From: Squalus acanthias
Taxonomy: Eukaryota
Assembly (NCBI GenBank): GCA_030390025.1
Contig: CM059431.1
Location: 141,858,001-141,922,000 of the forward strand
Direction: 5' to 3'
DNA length: 64,000 nucleotides
The notes beneath the pieces are model-generated. The model did no database searches. It was given only the letters and a program-made list of their open reading frames with translations, and had not been told where the DNA came from. Of this stretch, positions 1 through 13,512 are shown one piece after another (the first letter of the stretch is position 1; each line of letters begins with the position of its first letter). Position numbers and translations under genes: made by a program.

Positions 1-600
1 TGAGTGTTTTTGGAGCTGCATTCATCCAGGCACGTGGAGAGTATTCCATCACACCCCTTACTTGTGCCTTGTAGATGGTAGAATTGCTTTGGGGAGTCAG
101 GAGGTGAGACACACGCCACAGAATACCCAGCCTCTGACCTGCTCTTGATGCCACATTATTTATGTGGCTGGTACAGTTAAGTTTCTGGTCAATGGTTTCC
201 CCCAGGCTGTTGATGGTGAGGAATTCGCCGATGGTAATGCCGTTGAATGTCAAGGGGAGTGGGTAGACTCTCGCTTGTTGGAGATAGTCATTACCTGGCA
301 CTTCTGTGGCGCGAATGTTAACTTTAACTTATCAGCCCAAGCCTGTACATCGTCCAGGTCTTGTTGCATGCTGGCATGGGCTGCTTTATTATCTGAGGAG
401 TTGTGAATGGTACTGAACACTGTGCAGTCATCAGCGAACCACCCCATTTCTGACCTTTTGTTGGAAGGAAGGTCATTGATGAAGCAGCTGAAGATGATTG
501 GGCCTAGGACACTGCCCTGAGGAACTCCTGCGCTGTGATGATTGGCCTTCAAACAGCACAACCATCTTCCTTTGTGGTAGGTATGACTACAGCCAGTGAA
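1..600 (-). mobile_element. Non-LTR retrotransposon (CR1/L2-group LINE) reverse transcriptase fragment, decayed
   Basis: ORF 250..621(-) contains AGVPQGSVLGPIIFSCFINDLP and FADDC RT motifs followed by W...LTFAPQKCQVM. Confidence 0.8.
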
Positions 601-629
601 GAGTTTACAGCCTTTGCCCATTTATTCTA

Positions 630-1606
630 ATCTCAATAATGACTTGGATAATGGGACCGAGTGTTTTGCAGCCATGTTTGCGGATGATACAAAGATGGGT
701 GGGAAAGCATGTTGTGCAGAGGACTCAAAAAAGCTGCAGAGGGATATGGACAGGCTAAGTGAGTGGGAAAACATTTGGCAGATGGAGTATAATGTGGGAA
801 AATGCGGAATTATCCACTTCGGCGGGAAAAATAAAAAAAGCCAATTATTATTTAAATGGAGAGACATTACAAAATGCTAACGTTCAGAGGGACCTGGGGG
901 GCCTTGTGCATGAAACACAAAAAGTTAGCATGCAGGTACAGCAAGTAATCAAAAAGGCAAATGCAATGTCGGCCTTTATTTCAAGGGGGTTGGAGTATAA
1001 AAGCAGGGAAGCTTTGCTACAACTGTACAGGGTATTGTTGAGACCACACCTTGAGTACTGCGTACAGTTTTGGTCTCATTATTTCAGGAAGGATATACTT
1101 GCATTGGAGGCAGTTCAGAGACAATTCCCTTGGTTAATTCCAGAGATCTTGGGGTTGACTTATGAGGGAAGGTTGAGCAGGCTGGGCCTTTAATCATTGG
1201 AATTTTGAAGAATGAGAGCTGATCTTATTGAAACATATAAGATACGGAGGGGGCTCGACAAGGTAGCCGCAGAGAGGATGATTCTCGTCGTGGGGAAATC
1301 TAGAACTCGGGGGCACAGTTTCAGAATAAAGGGTCGCCCTTTTAGAACTGAGATGAAAAGGAATTTCTTCTCTCAGATGGTCGTAAATCTGTGGAATTCT
1401 CTGCCCCAAAGAGCTGTGGATGCTGGGTTATTATATACATTGAAGCTGGAGATAGACTGATTTTTGCTAGATAAGGGAATGAAGGGTTATGGTGAGCGGG
1501 CAGGGAAGTGGCTTTGAGTCCAAGATCAGCCATGATATTATTGAATGCCGGAGCAGGCTCGAGGGGCCAAGTGGCCTATTCCTGCTCCTATTTCTTATTT
1601 TCTTAT
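630..1606 (+). mobile_element. CR1 LINE, 5'-truncated 3' fragment
   Basis: FADDTK, WQMEYNVGKC, LRPHLEYCVQFWS and EMKRNFFSQMVVNLWNSLP across frameshifted ORFs; CR1 3' UTR GCAGGCTCGAGGGGCC...CCTATTCCTGCTCCT with a TTCTTAT tail. Confidence 0.9.
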
Positions 1607-1815
1607 AATGTCATTAGTGGTGACATTAATCTTACATTATTTACGATGACCGAACTATAACATTACCGATGGCGGTTCTACACTATCAATACTGGTGGTC
1701 AGTCAACTCTAACATTTTTGGCGGTAACCGTATTCTAACATTATTGTTGATGACGAGACACTAACATTAGCGGTAATAACGACAATTTAACATTTCTGAT
1801 GCTAACCCTACTCTA
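1607..1815 (-). repeat. Degenerate 26-bp satellite remnant, reverse complement of the array at 62100-64000
   Basis: Recurring CTCTAACATT...TGGTGGTGAC-like units at about 26-bp spacing match the reverse complement GACCCTACTCTAACATTACTGGTGGT. Confidence 0.6.
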
Positions 1816-2704
1816 CATAAGAACATAAGAATTAGGACCAGATATCATACAGTCATAGAGCCACACGGCACAGAACGAGGGCATTCGGCATATTGAGTCC
1901 GTGCCGGCTCTCTGAAGAGCAATCCAGTCAGTCCCATTCCCCCGCTCTATCCCCGTGGCCCTGCAAGTTTATTTCCCTCAAGTGCCTATCCAGTCTCCCC
2001 TTGAATACATCGCGTGTCTCCACTTCCACCACTTCCGTCGGCAGCGAATTCCAGGTCATCACCACTCGCTGCATAAAAAAGTTTGTCCTCACATCCCCCC
2101 GTATCTCTTGCCCAAAAACTTAAATCTGTGTCCCCTAGTCCTTGTACCGTCAACTAGTGGGAACAGCGTTTCCACTTCTAGCCTATCCAAACCCGTCATA
2201 ATCGTGTAACGCCCAGGTCCCTCTGTCCCTGCACACTCTTTAAAGTTGTGCCATTAAGTGTAAATTGCCTCTCCCTGTTCCTTCTGCCAAAATGCATCAC
2301 CTTCCACTTCTCTTTATTAGAATCCATCTCCACTTGTCCGCCAATTCTGCTGGCATTTCTATGTTCTGTTGCAGTCGATTGGTATCATCCTCACTGTTTG
2401 TCGCACCCTCAAGTTTGGTGTCATCGGCAAATTTTCAAAATCTGCTCTGTATACCAATATCCAGGTCATTTATATATATCAAAAAAGCAGTGGCCCCAGC
2501 ACTGACACTTGGAGAACGTCACTGTCTACCATCCTTAGTGTGAATAGCAGCCATTTAGCTCAAATCGCTGTTTTCTGTCCGTATGACAATTCATTAGCCT
2601 GGCTGCCACTGACCCACCCATTCCATGAGCCTCAATTTTGTTAACCAGCCCTCTATGTGGTACTTTTTCAAACGCCTTCGGATAATCCATGTAGACAACA
2701 TCCA

Positions 2705-3789
2705 AAATAACAATAGAAAACGCTGGAAAAACTCAGCAGGCGAGGCAGCATCCGTGGAGAGAGAAACAGAGTTAACGTTTCAGTTCGAGAACTTTCATCA
2801 GAACTGGAAACAGTAGGAAATCAAATAGATTTAAGGCAAGGATATGCTGGGAAAAGGGGGAGGGGATGAAAGAACAGAAGGAGAGATTAAGAGACATTAA
2901 GAGATATTCAAGGCAAGAGGTGGTGTTGATGTAACAGGTTGAGGCTGAAAGAAGAGTGAAATGCACTGGCAGAATGAAGGACAGCTGCCAGCTTCTAGGA
3001 GGGAAAAAAAGGGAGGGGGGAAATAAAAGGGTGGATGAAAAAATAAAATATAAATGTGATAGGGGCCGAGGTTATGATCTGAAATTGTTGAACTTGATGT
3101 TTAGTCCAGAGGGCTGTAGGGTGCCTAATCGAAAGATGAGGTGCTGTTCCTCGAGCTTCCGTCGAACAGTGTAACAGGCCGAGGACGGTGAGGTCAGAGT
3201 GGGAGTGAAGCGGTGAATTAAAGTGACAGGCGACCGGGAGCTCGGGGTCCCCCTTACGGACTGAACCGAGGTGTTCCGCAAAGTAGAGGAGACCACATCG
3301 TGAGCAGCGAACACAGTATACTAAATTGCAGGAAGTACAAGTAAATCGCTGTTTCACCTGGAAGGGGTGTTTGGGGCCCTGGACAGTGGGAAGAGGGGAG
3401 GTATAAGGGCATGTTTTGCTTCTCCTGCGCTTGCACGGGAAGGTGCCGGGCGAAGGGGAAGGTGTGCTGGGGGTGGTAGAGGAGTGGACTAGGGTGTTGC
3501 GGTCGGAGCGGTCCCTGCGGAATGCTGAAAGGGGAGGTGAGGGGAAGATGCGTTTGGTGGTGGGATCACGCTGGAGGTGACGGAAATGGCGGAGGAAGAT
3601 CCGTTGAATGTGCAGGCTGGTGGGGTGAAAGGTGAGGACAAGGGGAACTCTATCGTGGTTCCGGGAGGTAGGGGCAGGGGTGTGGGCAGAAGTGCGGGAG
3701 ATAGAACGGACACGGTCGAGGGCCGTGTCGACCACGGTAGAGGGGAATCCTCGGTTGAGGAAAAAGGAAGACATGTCGGAAGCACTGGT
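2705..3789 (-). mobile_element. Penelope-like element, 5'-truncated (RT C-terminal region, GIY-YIG endonuclease, terminal region)
   Basis: ORF 2995..3798(-) has FLNRGFP, RVPLVLTFHP and TCTSCNLVYCVRCSRCGLLY...FAEHL...PVACHFNS; flanking direct repeat AACATCCA (2697-2704 and 3790-3797) restores the host CR1; 33-nt in-frame deletion of IGETKRRLGDR relative to the copy at 20274. Confidence 0.85.
2770..2805 (-). ncRNA. Putative minimal type I hammerhead ribozyme in Penelope terminal repeat
   Basis: Minus strand reads AGTT-CTGATGA-A-AGTTCTCGAACT-GAAA-CG-TT-AACT: CUGANGA and GAAA core, stem II hairpin, stem I AGTT/AACT, palindromic AACGTT in place of stem III. Confidence 0.6.
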
Positions 3790-5407
3790 AACATCCATTC
3801 CATTCCCTTCATCAATCCTCTCTGTTACTTCCCAGAAAATGTAATTAGATTAGTCAAAACGATCTGCCTTTTACAAATCCGTGTTGGCTCTCCTAAGTTA
3901 GGTTAAAACACTCCAAGTGCCCGTTATTTTTTCCCTTGAATATTGTTTCTAAAATTTAATCAACATTGATGTTAAACTGACCGGCCTATATTTTCTAGGA
4001 TTGTCCTTATGCCCATTCTTGAACAATAGCGTCACATTTGCCACTTTTCAATCCTCAGGCATCTCCCAGGCAACTGGGGAACATTGGAAAATTATGGCAA
4101 GCCCTTCTGCTATCTCGTCCCCCAAATCCCTTAGCAACCTGGGATGCAAGACATCTGGACCAGGCGACCTATCCACTCTCAGCATACCCAGCCTTTCTAA
4201 TACATCCTGTCTCTCAATTATTACTCCTTCCATTGCTTCTAACATTTCCACTTTTACCGATATTTTGTCAGCATCCATCACCTTAGTAAACACCGAAACA
4301 AAGTATTAATTGCGTATTCTTATCTTGCCCTGTTGTCCTGAGCAGACATCACCTACTTTATCCCCAATAGACCGCAGCCCGCCTCTTACTACCCGCTTAC
4401 TGTTTACATAGCAGTAGAAGAATTTTGGATTGCTTTATTTGTTAACCGCTATTCTACTCTCATATTCTCTCTTTGCCAATCTGATTTTGATCTTCACTTC
4501 CGCTCTCAACTTATTGTATTTGGTCTGGTTCTCCCTTGAAGAATTCACCAGACATGCATCATACAATCTCGTTTTTTGCTTCGTCATCTTCTCTATCTCC
4601 CTCGGCTTCCAAGGAGCACTTGTTTTGGTTCCCTTTCCCTTCTCTCTTGTTGGAATGTACCTAGCCTTTACTTGAAACATCTCCTCCTGAATGATCGCCC
4701 ATTGTTCCATTACAGTTTTTCATATCAGTCTTTGCTTCCATTTTGCCCTGGCTAGATCCTTTCACATCGCATTGAAGTTAGCCCTATTCCAGTTTAGATG
4801 CTCCACTCTAGATTGTTCCTTGCTCCTCTCCATTGCTAATCTAAATTTTATGATACCTTGATCACACGTACCCAAGTGTTTTCCCACAGCCACTTGGTCG
4901 AATTGGCCTACCTTATTCCCAAGCGCCAGCTCCAGCAATGCCTCCTTCCTAGTTGGGCCAAGAACATATTGGTCAAGGAAATTCCCCTGAACACATTTCA
5001 GAAATTCCTCCCTCTCATTTCCTTTACCCTAGCATTATCCCAATCGATATTTAGATAACTAAAGTCCCTCAATATGACCACTCGATAGCTCTTGCATATC
5101 TCTGCGATTTAACTGCAGATTTGCTCCGCAACCTCGCTCTCACTATTTGGAGGCATGATCATACCCTTTTTGCTCCTCAACTCTAACCAAATTGATTCTT
5201 TCCTTGTACCCTCAAGAACATCCTCCCTTTCCAAAGCTACAATGTCTTCCTTAAACAGCACTGTCACAGTACCTCCCTTTTTTCCTTCACTGTCTTTTCT
5301 GAACACCTTGTACCCTTTAATATTCAGTACACAGTTCTCACCGTTTTTAAGCCACGTTTTCGTTATTGCCACGACATGAAATTGCCACACGACTAATTGT
5401 TCTTGTA

Positions 5408-5687
5408 GGTAAAATGTGCGGGTTAGGTTGATTTGGCTATGATAAATTGACCCTTAGTATTAGGGGGGGATTAAATATGTGGGGTTATGGGGATAGGATG
5501 GGATATGTTAGGGGGAATTAAATACTTGGGGTTACGGGGGTAGGGTGGGATATGTGTACTGTGGGGATTCAAGCAGGGTACTGGATTTGGATGATCAGCC
5601 ATGATCGTATTGAATGGTGGAGCAGGCTCGACGGGCCGAATGGCCTACTCCTGCTCCTAGATTCTATGTTTCTATGTTTCTATGTAA
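5408..5687 (+). mobile_element. HE1-like (V-SINE) fragment joined to a CR1-type 3' tail
   Basis: GGTTAGGTTGATTTGGCTATGATAAATTGACCCTTAG and a duplicated TAAATATGTGGGGTTATGGGGATAGG resemble the shark HE1/V-SINE body (recalled, not searched); ends in a CR1 stem-loop and (TTCTATGT)n. Confidence 0.5.
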
Positions 5688-5949
5688 GCAACCTTATTCA
5701 TCACACATTGTGCGTTTACATACATGCATTCTAACCCAATGTTTGAATTTTTCACAGTCTATCTTAGTCTACTCCTAACTAATATGGTACTACTACCGCC
5801 TCAAGTACTATATTCTCCAGTACTATCCAACACACTCACTCTTTTATGCACCTTATTCCTCTTTTCTACTCCTATATGCTTGTGCCCATCCCCCTGCAAA
5901 GCTAGTTTGAACCCTCTCCAACAGCTCTTGCAAACGTCTCCACTCCAGA

Positions 5950-8150
5950 CCATACAGCACCTCGAGCCTGCTCCATCATTCAATAATTCCATTGATGATT
6001 TTCTACCTCAACTCCACCTTCTCGTTCGAACCCCATATCCCTTACATAAGATAACATAAGACATAGGAACAGGATTAGGTCGTTTGAGCCCTCGAGCCTG
6101 CTCCGCCATTCAATAAGATCACGGCTGATCTGATCTTGGCCTCAACTCCACTACCCTGCCCACTCCCCATAACCCTTGACTCCCTTACCTTTCAAAAATC
6201 TGTTTTTTCTCGACCTTAAATATATTCAATGATACAGCCTCCACAGCTCTCTGGGGAAGAGAATTCCAAAGATTCACGACCCTCTGCGAGAAGAAATTCC
6301 TCCTCATTTCCGATTTAAAAGGGTGCCCGCTTATTCTGAAATTATGCCCCTTAATTCTACATTTCCCGACGAGGGGAAACATCCGCTCTGCATCTACCCT
6401 GTCAAGCCCCTTCAGAATCTTATATGTTTCAATAAGGGCCCATCTCATTCTTCTAAATTCCAATGAGTATAGGCGCAACCTGCTCAACCTTTCCTCATAA
6501 GACAATCCCTTCCTCACCGGAATCAACCTCGTGAACATTCTCTGAGCTGCCACCAATGCAAATATATCCTTCCCTAAATAAGGAGACCAAAAATGTATGC
6601 AGTACTCCAGGTGTGGTCTCAACAATGCCCTGTACAGTTGTAACAGGACTTCCCTGCGTTTATACTCCATTCCCTTTGCAATAAAGGACAACATACCATT
6701 TGCCTTCGTAATTCCTTGCTGTACCTGCATGCTAACTTTTTGTGATTCATGTACAGGGACCCACAGATCCTTCTGTACCTCAGAATTTTGGAATCTCTCC
6801 GCATTTAAATAATATATATTTTTTTTCCTACCAAAGTGGATAACCTCGCATTTTCCCACATTAAACTTCATCTGCCAGATTTTTGCCCACTTACATAGCC
6901 TACCTATATTCCTTTGGAGATTCGTTGCGTTCTCCACACAATTTCCTTTCCCAGCTGTCTTTGTATCATCAGAAATTTGGCTGCATTACACTCAGTCCCT
7001 TCATCCAAGTCATTAGTATAGTTTGTAAGTCGTTGAGGCCCCAGCACTGATCCCTGCGGCATCCGACTAGTTACAGTTTGCCAACATGAAAATGACCCAT
7101 TTATACCGACTCTCTGTTTCCTGTCAGTTAGCCAATCCTCTATTCAAGCTAATATATAATCCCCAACCCCGTGAGCTCTTATCTGGTTTAGTAACCTTTT
7201 ATGTGGCACCTTATCGAATGCCTTCTGGAAATCCAAATACACGACATCTACTGGTTCCTCCTTTTCCACCCTGCTCGTTACATCCTCAAAGAATTCCAGC
7301 AAATTTGTCAAAGATGATTTCCCTTTCATAAAAAAATGCTAACTCTGCTTGACTATATTATGATTTTCTAAATGTCCTGCTATCACTTCCTTAATGATGG
7401 ACTCCAACATTTTCCCAATGCCAGATGTTAGGCTAACTGGTCGTTAGTTGCCTGCTTTCTGTCTCCCTTATTTCTTAAATAGGGGCGTTGCATTTACGGT
7501 TTTCCAGTCCACTGGGACCTCTACAAAATCCAGGGAATTTTGCTCGATTACAAACAATGCTTCCACTATCTCTGCAACCGCCTCTTTTAAGACTCTAGGA
7601 TACAGTCCATCGGGTCCAGGGGACTCCCCTTGTCCACCTTTAGTCCCATTAGCTTCCCTAGTACTTTCACTCTAATGATAGTGATTGTTTAAGTTCTCCC
7701 ACCACCCCAATAGCCCCTTGATTATCCATTATTGGGATGCTTTTACATTCTTATATCATGAAGACCGATACAAAATATTTGTTCAAAGACTCTGCCGTTT
7801 CCCTGTTTCCCATTATTAATTCCCGAGACTCATTCTCCAGGGGACCAAAGTTTAACTTAGCTACTCTGTTCCTTTTTATATACCTGTAGTAACTCTTACT
7901 GTCCTTTTTTATATTTCTTGCTAGCTTACTCTCATAAGCTATCATCTCTATCATTTTTTTAGTCGTCCTTTGCTGGTTTTTAAAAGTTTGCCAATTGTCT
8001 TACACTATTCTTCGCAGCATTGTATGCTTTTGTTTTCAATTTGATTCCATCCCTTGATTCCGCCAGAGCCTAAAAATCTATCTATTTCAGCCTTGAATAT
8101 ACCAAACGAAAGTGCCAGGGATAACTTTGTCGCTGGCACGTAATCACAGA
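5950..8150 (-). mobile_element. CR1 LINE ORF2 3' portion with additional nested tails
   Basis: ORFs 6185..6937, 7144..7329 (VDVVYLDFQKAFDKVPHKRL) and 7751..7954; CATAAG tail repeats at about 6045-6065. Confidence 0.88.
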
Positions 8151-9544
8151 GTCCTCGAATGATGCAGCAGAGAAGGAGCCCATTTGGCCCATCGTGCCTG
8201 TGCAATGACAGCAGACGCCCCAGAATGAGGTCAACGTCCTGCAGATTCTCCCGGTTCCACACCGGGGAAAGTCCTGTCCTCACTGAGTTACACAGTCCGG
8301 CTCTACCAGCGGAAGTCAATGCGGGAATTGGTGCCTGGCCTTTCTGTAACCTCTCACTGCATCTTCATTCATCTCAGAACATGAACAATCCCCACAGATC
8401 ACAGCAAGTGCAGAGTAAAGTTACCACAATATTAATTAGTAGTTTGAGGAGATGTAAGCAGTTCAATTCCGACACCAAAATATCGTTTGCAACTACAAAT
8501 CTGTTTATTGTGTTCGACCAAGTCCAGATACATGCATGTTTTCTTTGCTTTTCGACATAACTACAACCTCACTCTAAAGTCTGTCTCACTAGTTCCCCGT
8601 TTGCCATGGAGAGAAGCGCCTGATGCCCTCGTTTATTTAATGCAACAGAGACAAACAAAGGTATTCGTTCAAAATCAACCTGCAGGAAGAAACGTACAGA
8701 TAAACACAGCCAGAGATACAGAGAGTATCGGGAAACACCGGGAAATAGACAAGAGATATTGACAAGAATAAAGGCCATCTGAACATTCCTGAACCCTGTG
8801 GTCAATGAATGGTTTGATGGTTGACTTCCTCATACACCTTGGAATTCTGGAAGACTTGGTCCGTGGTTTGTAGAACAAGTTGAACCAATGGGGCGGAGCC
8901 AGCAGCCACCTCGCTGTAATAAGCGACAAGGCCGGAAAATGTAACCAGACCCGGCGAGTTCAGTCGGAAGAGCATCAGATTCTTAATTTCAGGAGTCGTC
9001 CGTTCGAGCTCCCCGTTGGGTGAATATTTTTTCAACCTTTCATTGTTGATTTCACGGCGACCCCCAGCTCTGAATTCCTGCAGCAGTGTCACTTCGCTGA
9101 AAATGCGAGTAATATAATTACTGGTTTAAGAGTGAAAACTGGCCTCCACTTCACTGTAAGTGTCAGATACAACATTGCAGGTGCCGCGTTACCATAGAAT
9201 GATAGAATGATACAGCAGTGAATGAGGTCATTCGGCCCATCGTGCCTGTGCCGGCTCTTTGACAGAGCTATCCCATTAATCCCACTCCCCTGTATTTTTC
9301 CGTGCAAGTAATGTACAATAAATGGTAAAACGTTTAAAAGGAACAGGACGTGTTAGGGATTCAGATACACAAACATTTCTGAGGGGCCTCAAATTTTTGT
9401 AAAGGTTTCAACCTCCCCTGCTTCATTGCCCTTAGCGAAGCAGGTGTGATGTTCCAGTCAAAACTCTGTCCGAACAAAACTGGCTGCAGTCACAGAATTA
9501 GAATGGCCACGTCCTGGGGACCAATAGCAGCCGGTCCAGGTCCA

Positions 9545-9805
9545 AGAAGAACGAGAGGGAACTTTTTTTTTACACAGCGAGTTCTTGTGCTCTGGAATAC
9601 AATGCCTGGCAGGGCGACGGAAGCAGATTCAGCAGTAACTTTAAAAGGAGAACTGGATAAGTACTTGAAGGGAAACATTTACAGGGCTATCAGTAAATAG
9701 CAGGGGACTGAGATTAATGGGATAGCTCGACCAAAAAGCCGGCACAGGCACGAGGGGCCGAATGACTTTGTTCTATGCTGTATAATTAAATAATTCTATG
9801 ATTCA
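9545..9805 (+). mobile_element. CR1 LINE 3' tail fragment
   Basis: RTRGNFFFTQRVLVLWN...FKGELDKYL-like peptide and a GGCACAGGCACG...GGCCGAATG tail. Confidence 0.7.
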
Positions 9806-10259
9806 ATTCAAAGGAACCCGGCGAGAATTATCTGATTCAGGAGATTGGGGAGGGACAATTAGGGAGCTCCTTCAGAACATTAATCACTTAACAATCAATT
9901 TCCTGTGTGACGAGTGTGGTTTCGATCAGTGAAATGTCTGTAAAATGCAATGGAGGTGAAGGATTGAGGGTTTTTAGTGTGGGACAGAAGTGATGTTGTT
10001 TATGGTCACTGAGCCTTCCAGCAGCATTTCCGGGGGACCAGAATGAGTGGAACTTTCTCTGGGCCTTCTCCGGTGGAATTCAGGCCTATTGAAAGATTTC
10101 TCCTTGAGCACAGGTGGCCGAGCAGTCTATGGTGCTGCGTTCAGGTCGCAGTCTCCTCTGGGAGTGTGGGTATGAATCCCACTCCAGACATGCCGGTCTT
10201 TTCACTCCTCCGTGCAATTGCATTTTATGGAATTAGCTGGAAATGCATCTTCGACACGT

Positions 10260-11520
10260 TGTTCCTATTTTTGAGGAGGTAACAAGGAGGCAGATGCGGG
10301 TAATGCGTTTGATGGAGTGTATATGGATATTTAGCAAGGCTTTTGATAAGGTTCCACATGGCAGACTGGTCACGAAGTTAAGAGCCCATGGGATCCAGGT
10401 CAAAGTGCCAAGTTGGATTCAAAACTGGCTCGGAGACAGATAGCAGAGGGTAATGGTTGATGGGTGTTTTTGTGAATGGAAGGCTGTTCCAGGGGGTTTC
10501 TGCAGGGCTCAGTACTTGGCCCTTGTTTTTTGTGGTATATATCAATGATCTAGACTTGAATATAGGGGGTAGGATTAAGACGTTTGCAGATGATACTAAA
10601 ATCGGCTATGTGGTTGATACTGAAGAAGGGAGCTGTAAACTGCAGGACGATATCAATAAATTGGTCAGGTGAGCAGAACAGTGGTAAATGGAATTCAATC
10701 CGGAGAATTGTGAGGTAATGCATTTGTGGAGGGCTAACAAGGAAAGGGAATACACATTAAATGGTAGGACACTGAGTCGTGTAGAGGAACAAAGGGACCT
10801 TGGAATGCAAGTCCACAGATCCCTGAAGGTAGCAGGCCAGGTTGATAGGGTGGTTAGGAAGGCATACGAAATGCGTGCCTTTATTAGTCATGTCATAGAA
10901 TACAGGAGCAGGGGGGATTATGCTTCAACTGTATAAAACACTAGTTAGGCCTCAGCTAGAGTACTGCGTGCAGTACTTTTCACCACATTACAGGAATGTT
11001 GTGATTGCACTAGAGAGGGTACAGAGGAGATTTACAAGGATGTTGCCCGGAGTAGAGAATCTTAGCTATGAGGAAAGGCTGGATAGGCTGGGTTTGTTTT
11101 CCTTGGAACAGAGGAGGTTGAGGGGAGACCTTATTGAGGTGTATTTAAATTATGAGGGGCAAAGATAAAGTGGATAGAAAGTACCTATGTCCCTTAGCAG
11201 AGGGGTCAGAACCAGGGGGCACAGATTTAAAGTAATTAGTGGAAAGTTTAGAGGGGATTTGAGGTGAAATTTCTTCACCCAGAGGGTTGTGGGGGGTGGG
11301 GGGGGGGGTCTGGATCTCACTGCCTGAAAGGATTTCAGAGGCAGGAACCATAACCACATTTAAAAAGTACTTGGATGTGTTACTTGGGATGCTCTAATCT
11401 GCAGGGCAACGGACCAAGAGCTGGGAAGTGGGATTAGGCTGGATAGCTCTTTGTTGGCAGGCGTGGACATGATGGGCCGAAATGGCCTCCTTCCTTGCTG
11501 AAACTTTCTATAATTCTATT
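10260..11520 (+). mobile_element. CR1 LINE RT to 3' end, decayed
   Basis: FSKAFDKVPHGRL, YINDLD...FADDTK, VRPQLEYCVQ; 3' tail ends in TTCTAT repeats. Confidence 0.9.
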
Positions 11521-11549
11521 ATTCCATCAGAAAACGAACCCTGACATTG

Positions 11550-11960
11550 TTTTCCCGAGAGCAGAGAAGGTTTAGGGGAGACCTAAAAGGGATATTGAAA
11601 ATTATGAGGTCTTTTGATAGAGCAAGTAGGGAGAAATTGTTTTCTTGCCGAGTGGATCGAAAACCAGAGGTCATAGATTATAAATAATTGGCTAAAGAAC
11701 TCGAGGCGGCTTTAGGAGAGTTCTTTTCACACAGAGGGTTGTTAAGATTAGTAACACATTACCTGAAAGGATGATGGAATCAGATTCCATAGAAATATTC
11801 AAACGGCAATTGTACATGTATTTGAAGAGAACTAATTAGCAGGGTTATGGTCTAAATGCTTGGGTGTGGGACTAAATTGGACAGTTCTTTCAAAGAGCTG
11901 GCACAGGCAGGACGGGCCGAACGGCCTCATTCTGTGTTGTAAGATTATATGATTCAATGA
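11550..11960 (+). mobile_element. Old CR1 3' fragment
   Basis: Degenerate CR1 C-terminus and tail GAGCTGGCACAGGCAGGACGGGCCGAACGGCCTC. Confidence 0.65.
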
Positions 11961-12356
11961 CTCAGGCCTCTTGTTCATCCCCCTTTCTCTTCACACTACA
12001 AATAGTCTGCGCCTCGCTGCCGGGAATTTCCTTCCCAAACCCTCTCATCTCCTCCTTTAAGACCCTCTTATAACCATAAGCTTTGAGGAGTCTTTTGGTC
12101 ACACGTCTTAATGAATCCTTCTTTGGATTGGCCTCTATGAAGCGCATTGGGAGACCCCCTACAAGTGGGGAGGGGCCCAGGGTTTATCAAGCTGTATGGA
12201 GCACTTTACTGAACAGGTGTGTTTGTGTCTGTTTGTTACATTAATGAGGGCATCTGACGCTTCTCTCCCTGACACTGGGGAACTAGTGAGACAGATTTTA
12301 TAGCAAGGTTCTGTTTCTGTAATGATCAATACTCTGATCAACGCTAGAAAGAGCTT

Positions 12357-12428
12357 TGACCCTGACGTGATTTGAACTCGCAGCCTTCTGATCGGGAATA
12401 AGACGCACTGTCGTTGCGCCACGAGGTC
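12357..12428 (-). pseudogene. tRNA-Trp-derived pseudogene (anticodon now CCC)
   Basis: Reverse complement GACCTCGTGGCGCAACGACAGTGCGTCTTATTCCCGATCAGAAGGCTGCGAGTTCAAATCACGTCAGGGTCA is colinear (72 nt) with vertebrate tRNA-Trp(CCA); D-loop GG lost, stem mismatches, anticodon altered. Confidence 0.85.
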
Positions 12429-12649
12429 AACGTTTGCAACAGCGCAGGAATGGTTATATATATCAATGTTTCTCAAACACCGTTTAATTCTTACCCAGAA
12501 TAAGCACATGACAGGAAAATAAACTAGGGAACTGCTCAAAATACAAAACAGGTCGAGCAGCTTCTGAAAAACAATGAACCTTTTGGCGTCCAGACATTAG
12601 TTAGAAATACAAACAAGGCCGTGTGAAACTATAAACTGTGGGTGTGTTC

Positions 12650-13512
12650 ATAGAATCATAGAAACTCACAGCACAGGAGGACATTCGGCCCGTCGTGTCT
12701 GTGCTGGTTTAGAAAGAGCAGCCGTGCTCAGTCCCACAGCCCTGCTTTTTGACCCTAACCCTGTAAGTTCCTCATCCTCAAGTACCTGTGAAACTCCCTT
12801 TAAAATTATTGATGGAATCAGCGTCCACCACCTGTTCAGGTAGAGCGTTCCAGATCCCGACAACTCTCTGAGTGAAAAGAAATCTTCTCATCTCCCTCTC
12901 GATCTTTGGCAAATGATTTTAAATCTAAGACCTCAGGTTATTGACCCACTCGCCCGAGGGAATAATTTTTCCTCTATCTACTTTAAAGCTATCATTATGT
13001 ATTCAAGTAACCCATATGCTTGATTAACCACATTATCAACTTGCCCTGCCACCATTAATGATTTGTGTATATGACACCAAGGCCTCTCTGCTCATCTGCA
13101 TTTTTCAAAATCGGACCATTTATAATACACTGTCTTTCCATATTAGTCCTACGAAAGTGCATCACTTCACACATTGTACTCCAACTGCCATGCTTCGGCC
13201 CGTTTCACCATCCTGCCTATGTCATCCTGAAATCTACAACTATCCTCATCGCTATCTCTAATGTTGCCAAGTTTCGTATCATCTGCAAACTGTAGAATGC
13301 TGCTCCCTACATCCGAGTCTAGATCGTTTATAAAAATTGCAAAGAGTAATGAATTCAAAACTGACCTTAGGAACACCACTGCAAACCACCTCCCCGTCTG
13401 ATAAACATCCGTCCAACAACACCCTTTGCTTCCTGTCACTGAGCCAATTCCGTATCCATACCATCACTTTTCCCTTAATTCCATGGGCTTCCATCTTCTT
13501 AAGAAGCATCCT
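12650..13512 (-). mobile_element. CR1 LINE fragment
   Basis: AHGIKGKVMVWIRNWLSDRKQRV and FINDLD...FADDTKL; CATAGAAT tail at about 12650. Confidence 0.8.

Larger units (their letters stand above)
1816..5940 (-). mobile_element. Decayed CR1 LINE ORF2 (endonuclease to RT to 3' tail), interrupted by a Penelope element and a SINE
   Basis: Minus-strand pieces VVAITKTWL (APE), RSPGPDVLHPRLLRDL, DVVYMD-like motif and FADDTKL; CR1 tail near 1845-1960. Confidence 0.8.

Noticed and set aside
8159..9092. Non-repeat-looking ORFs (8159..8560, 8802..9092) as host exons
   Set aside because: No recognisable domain or convincing splice structure; cannot be supported without a search.
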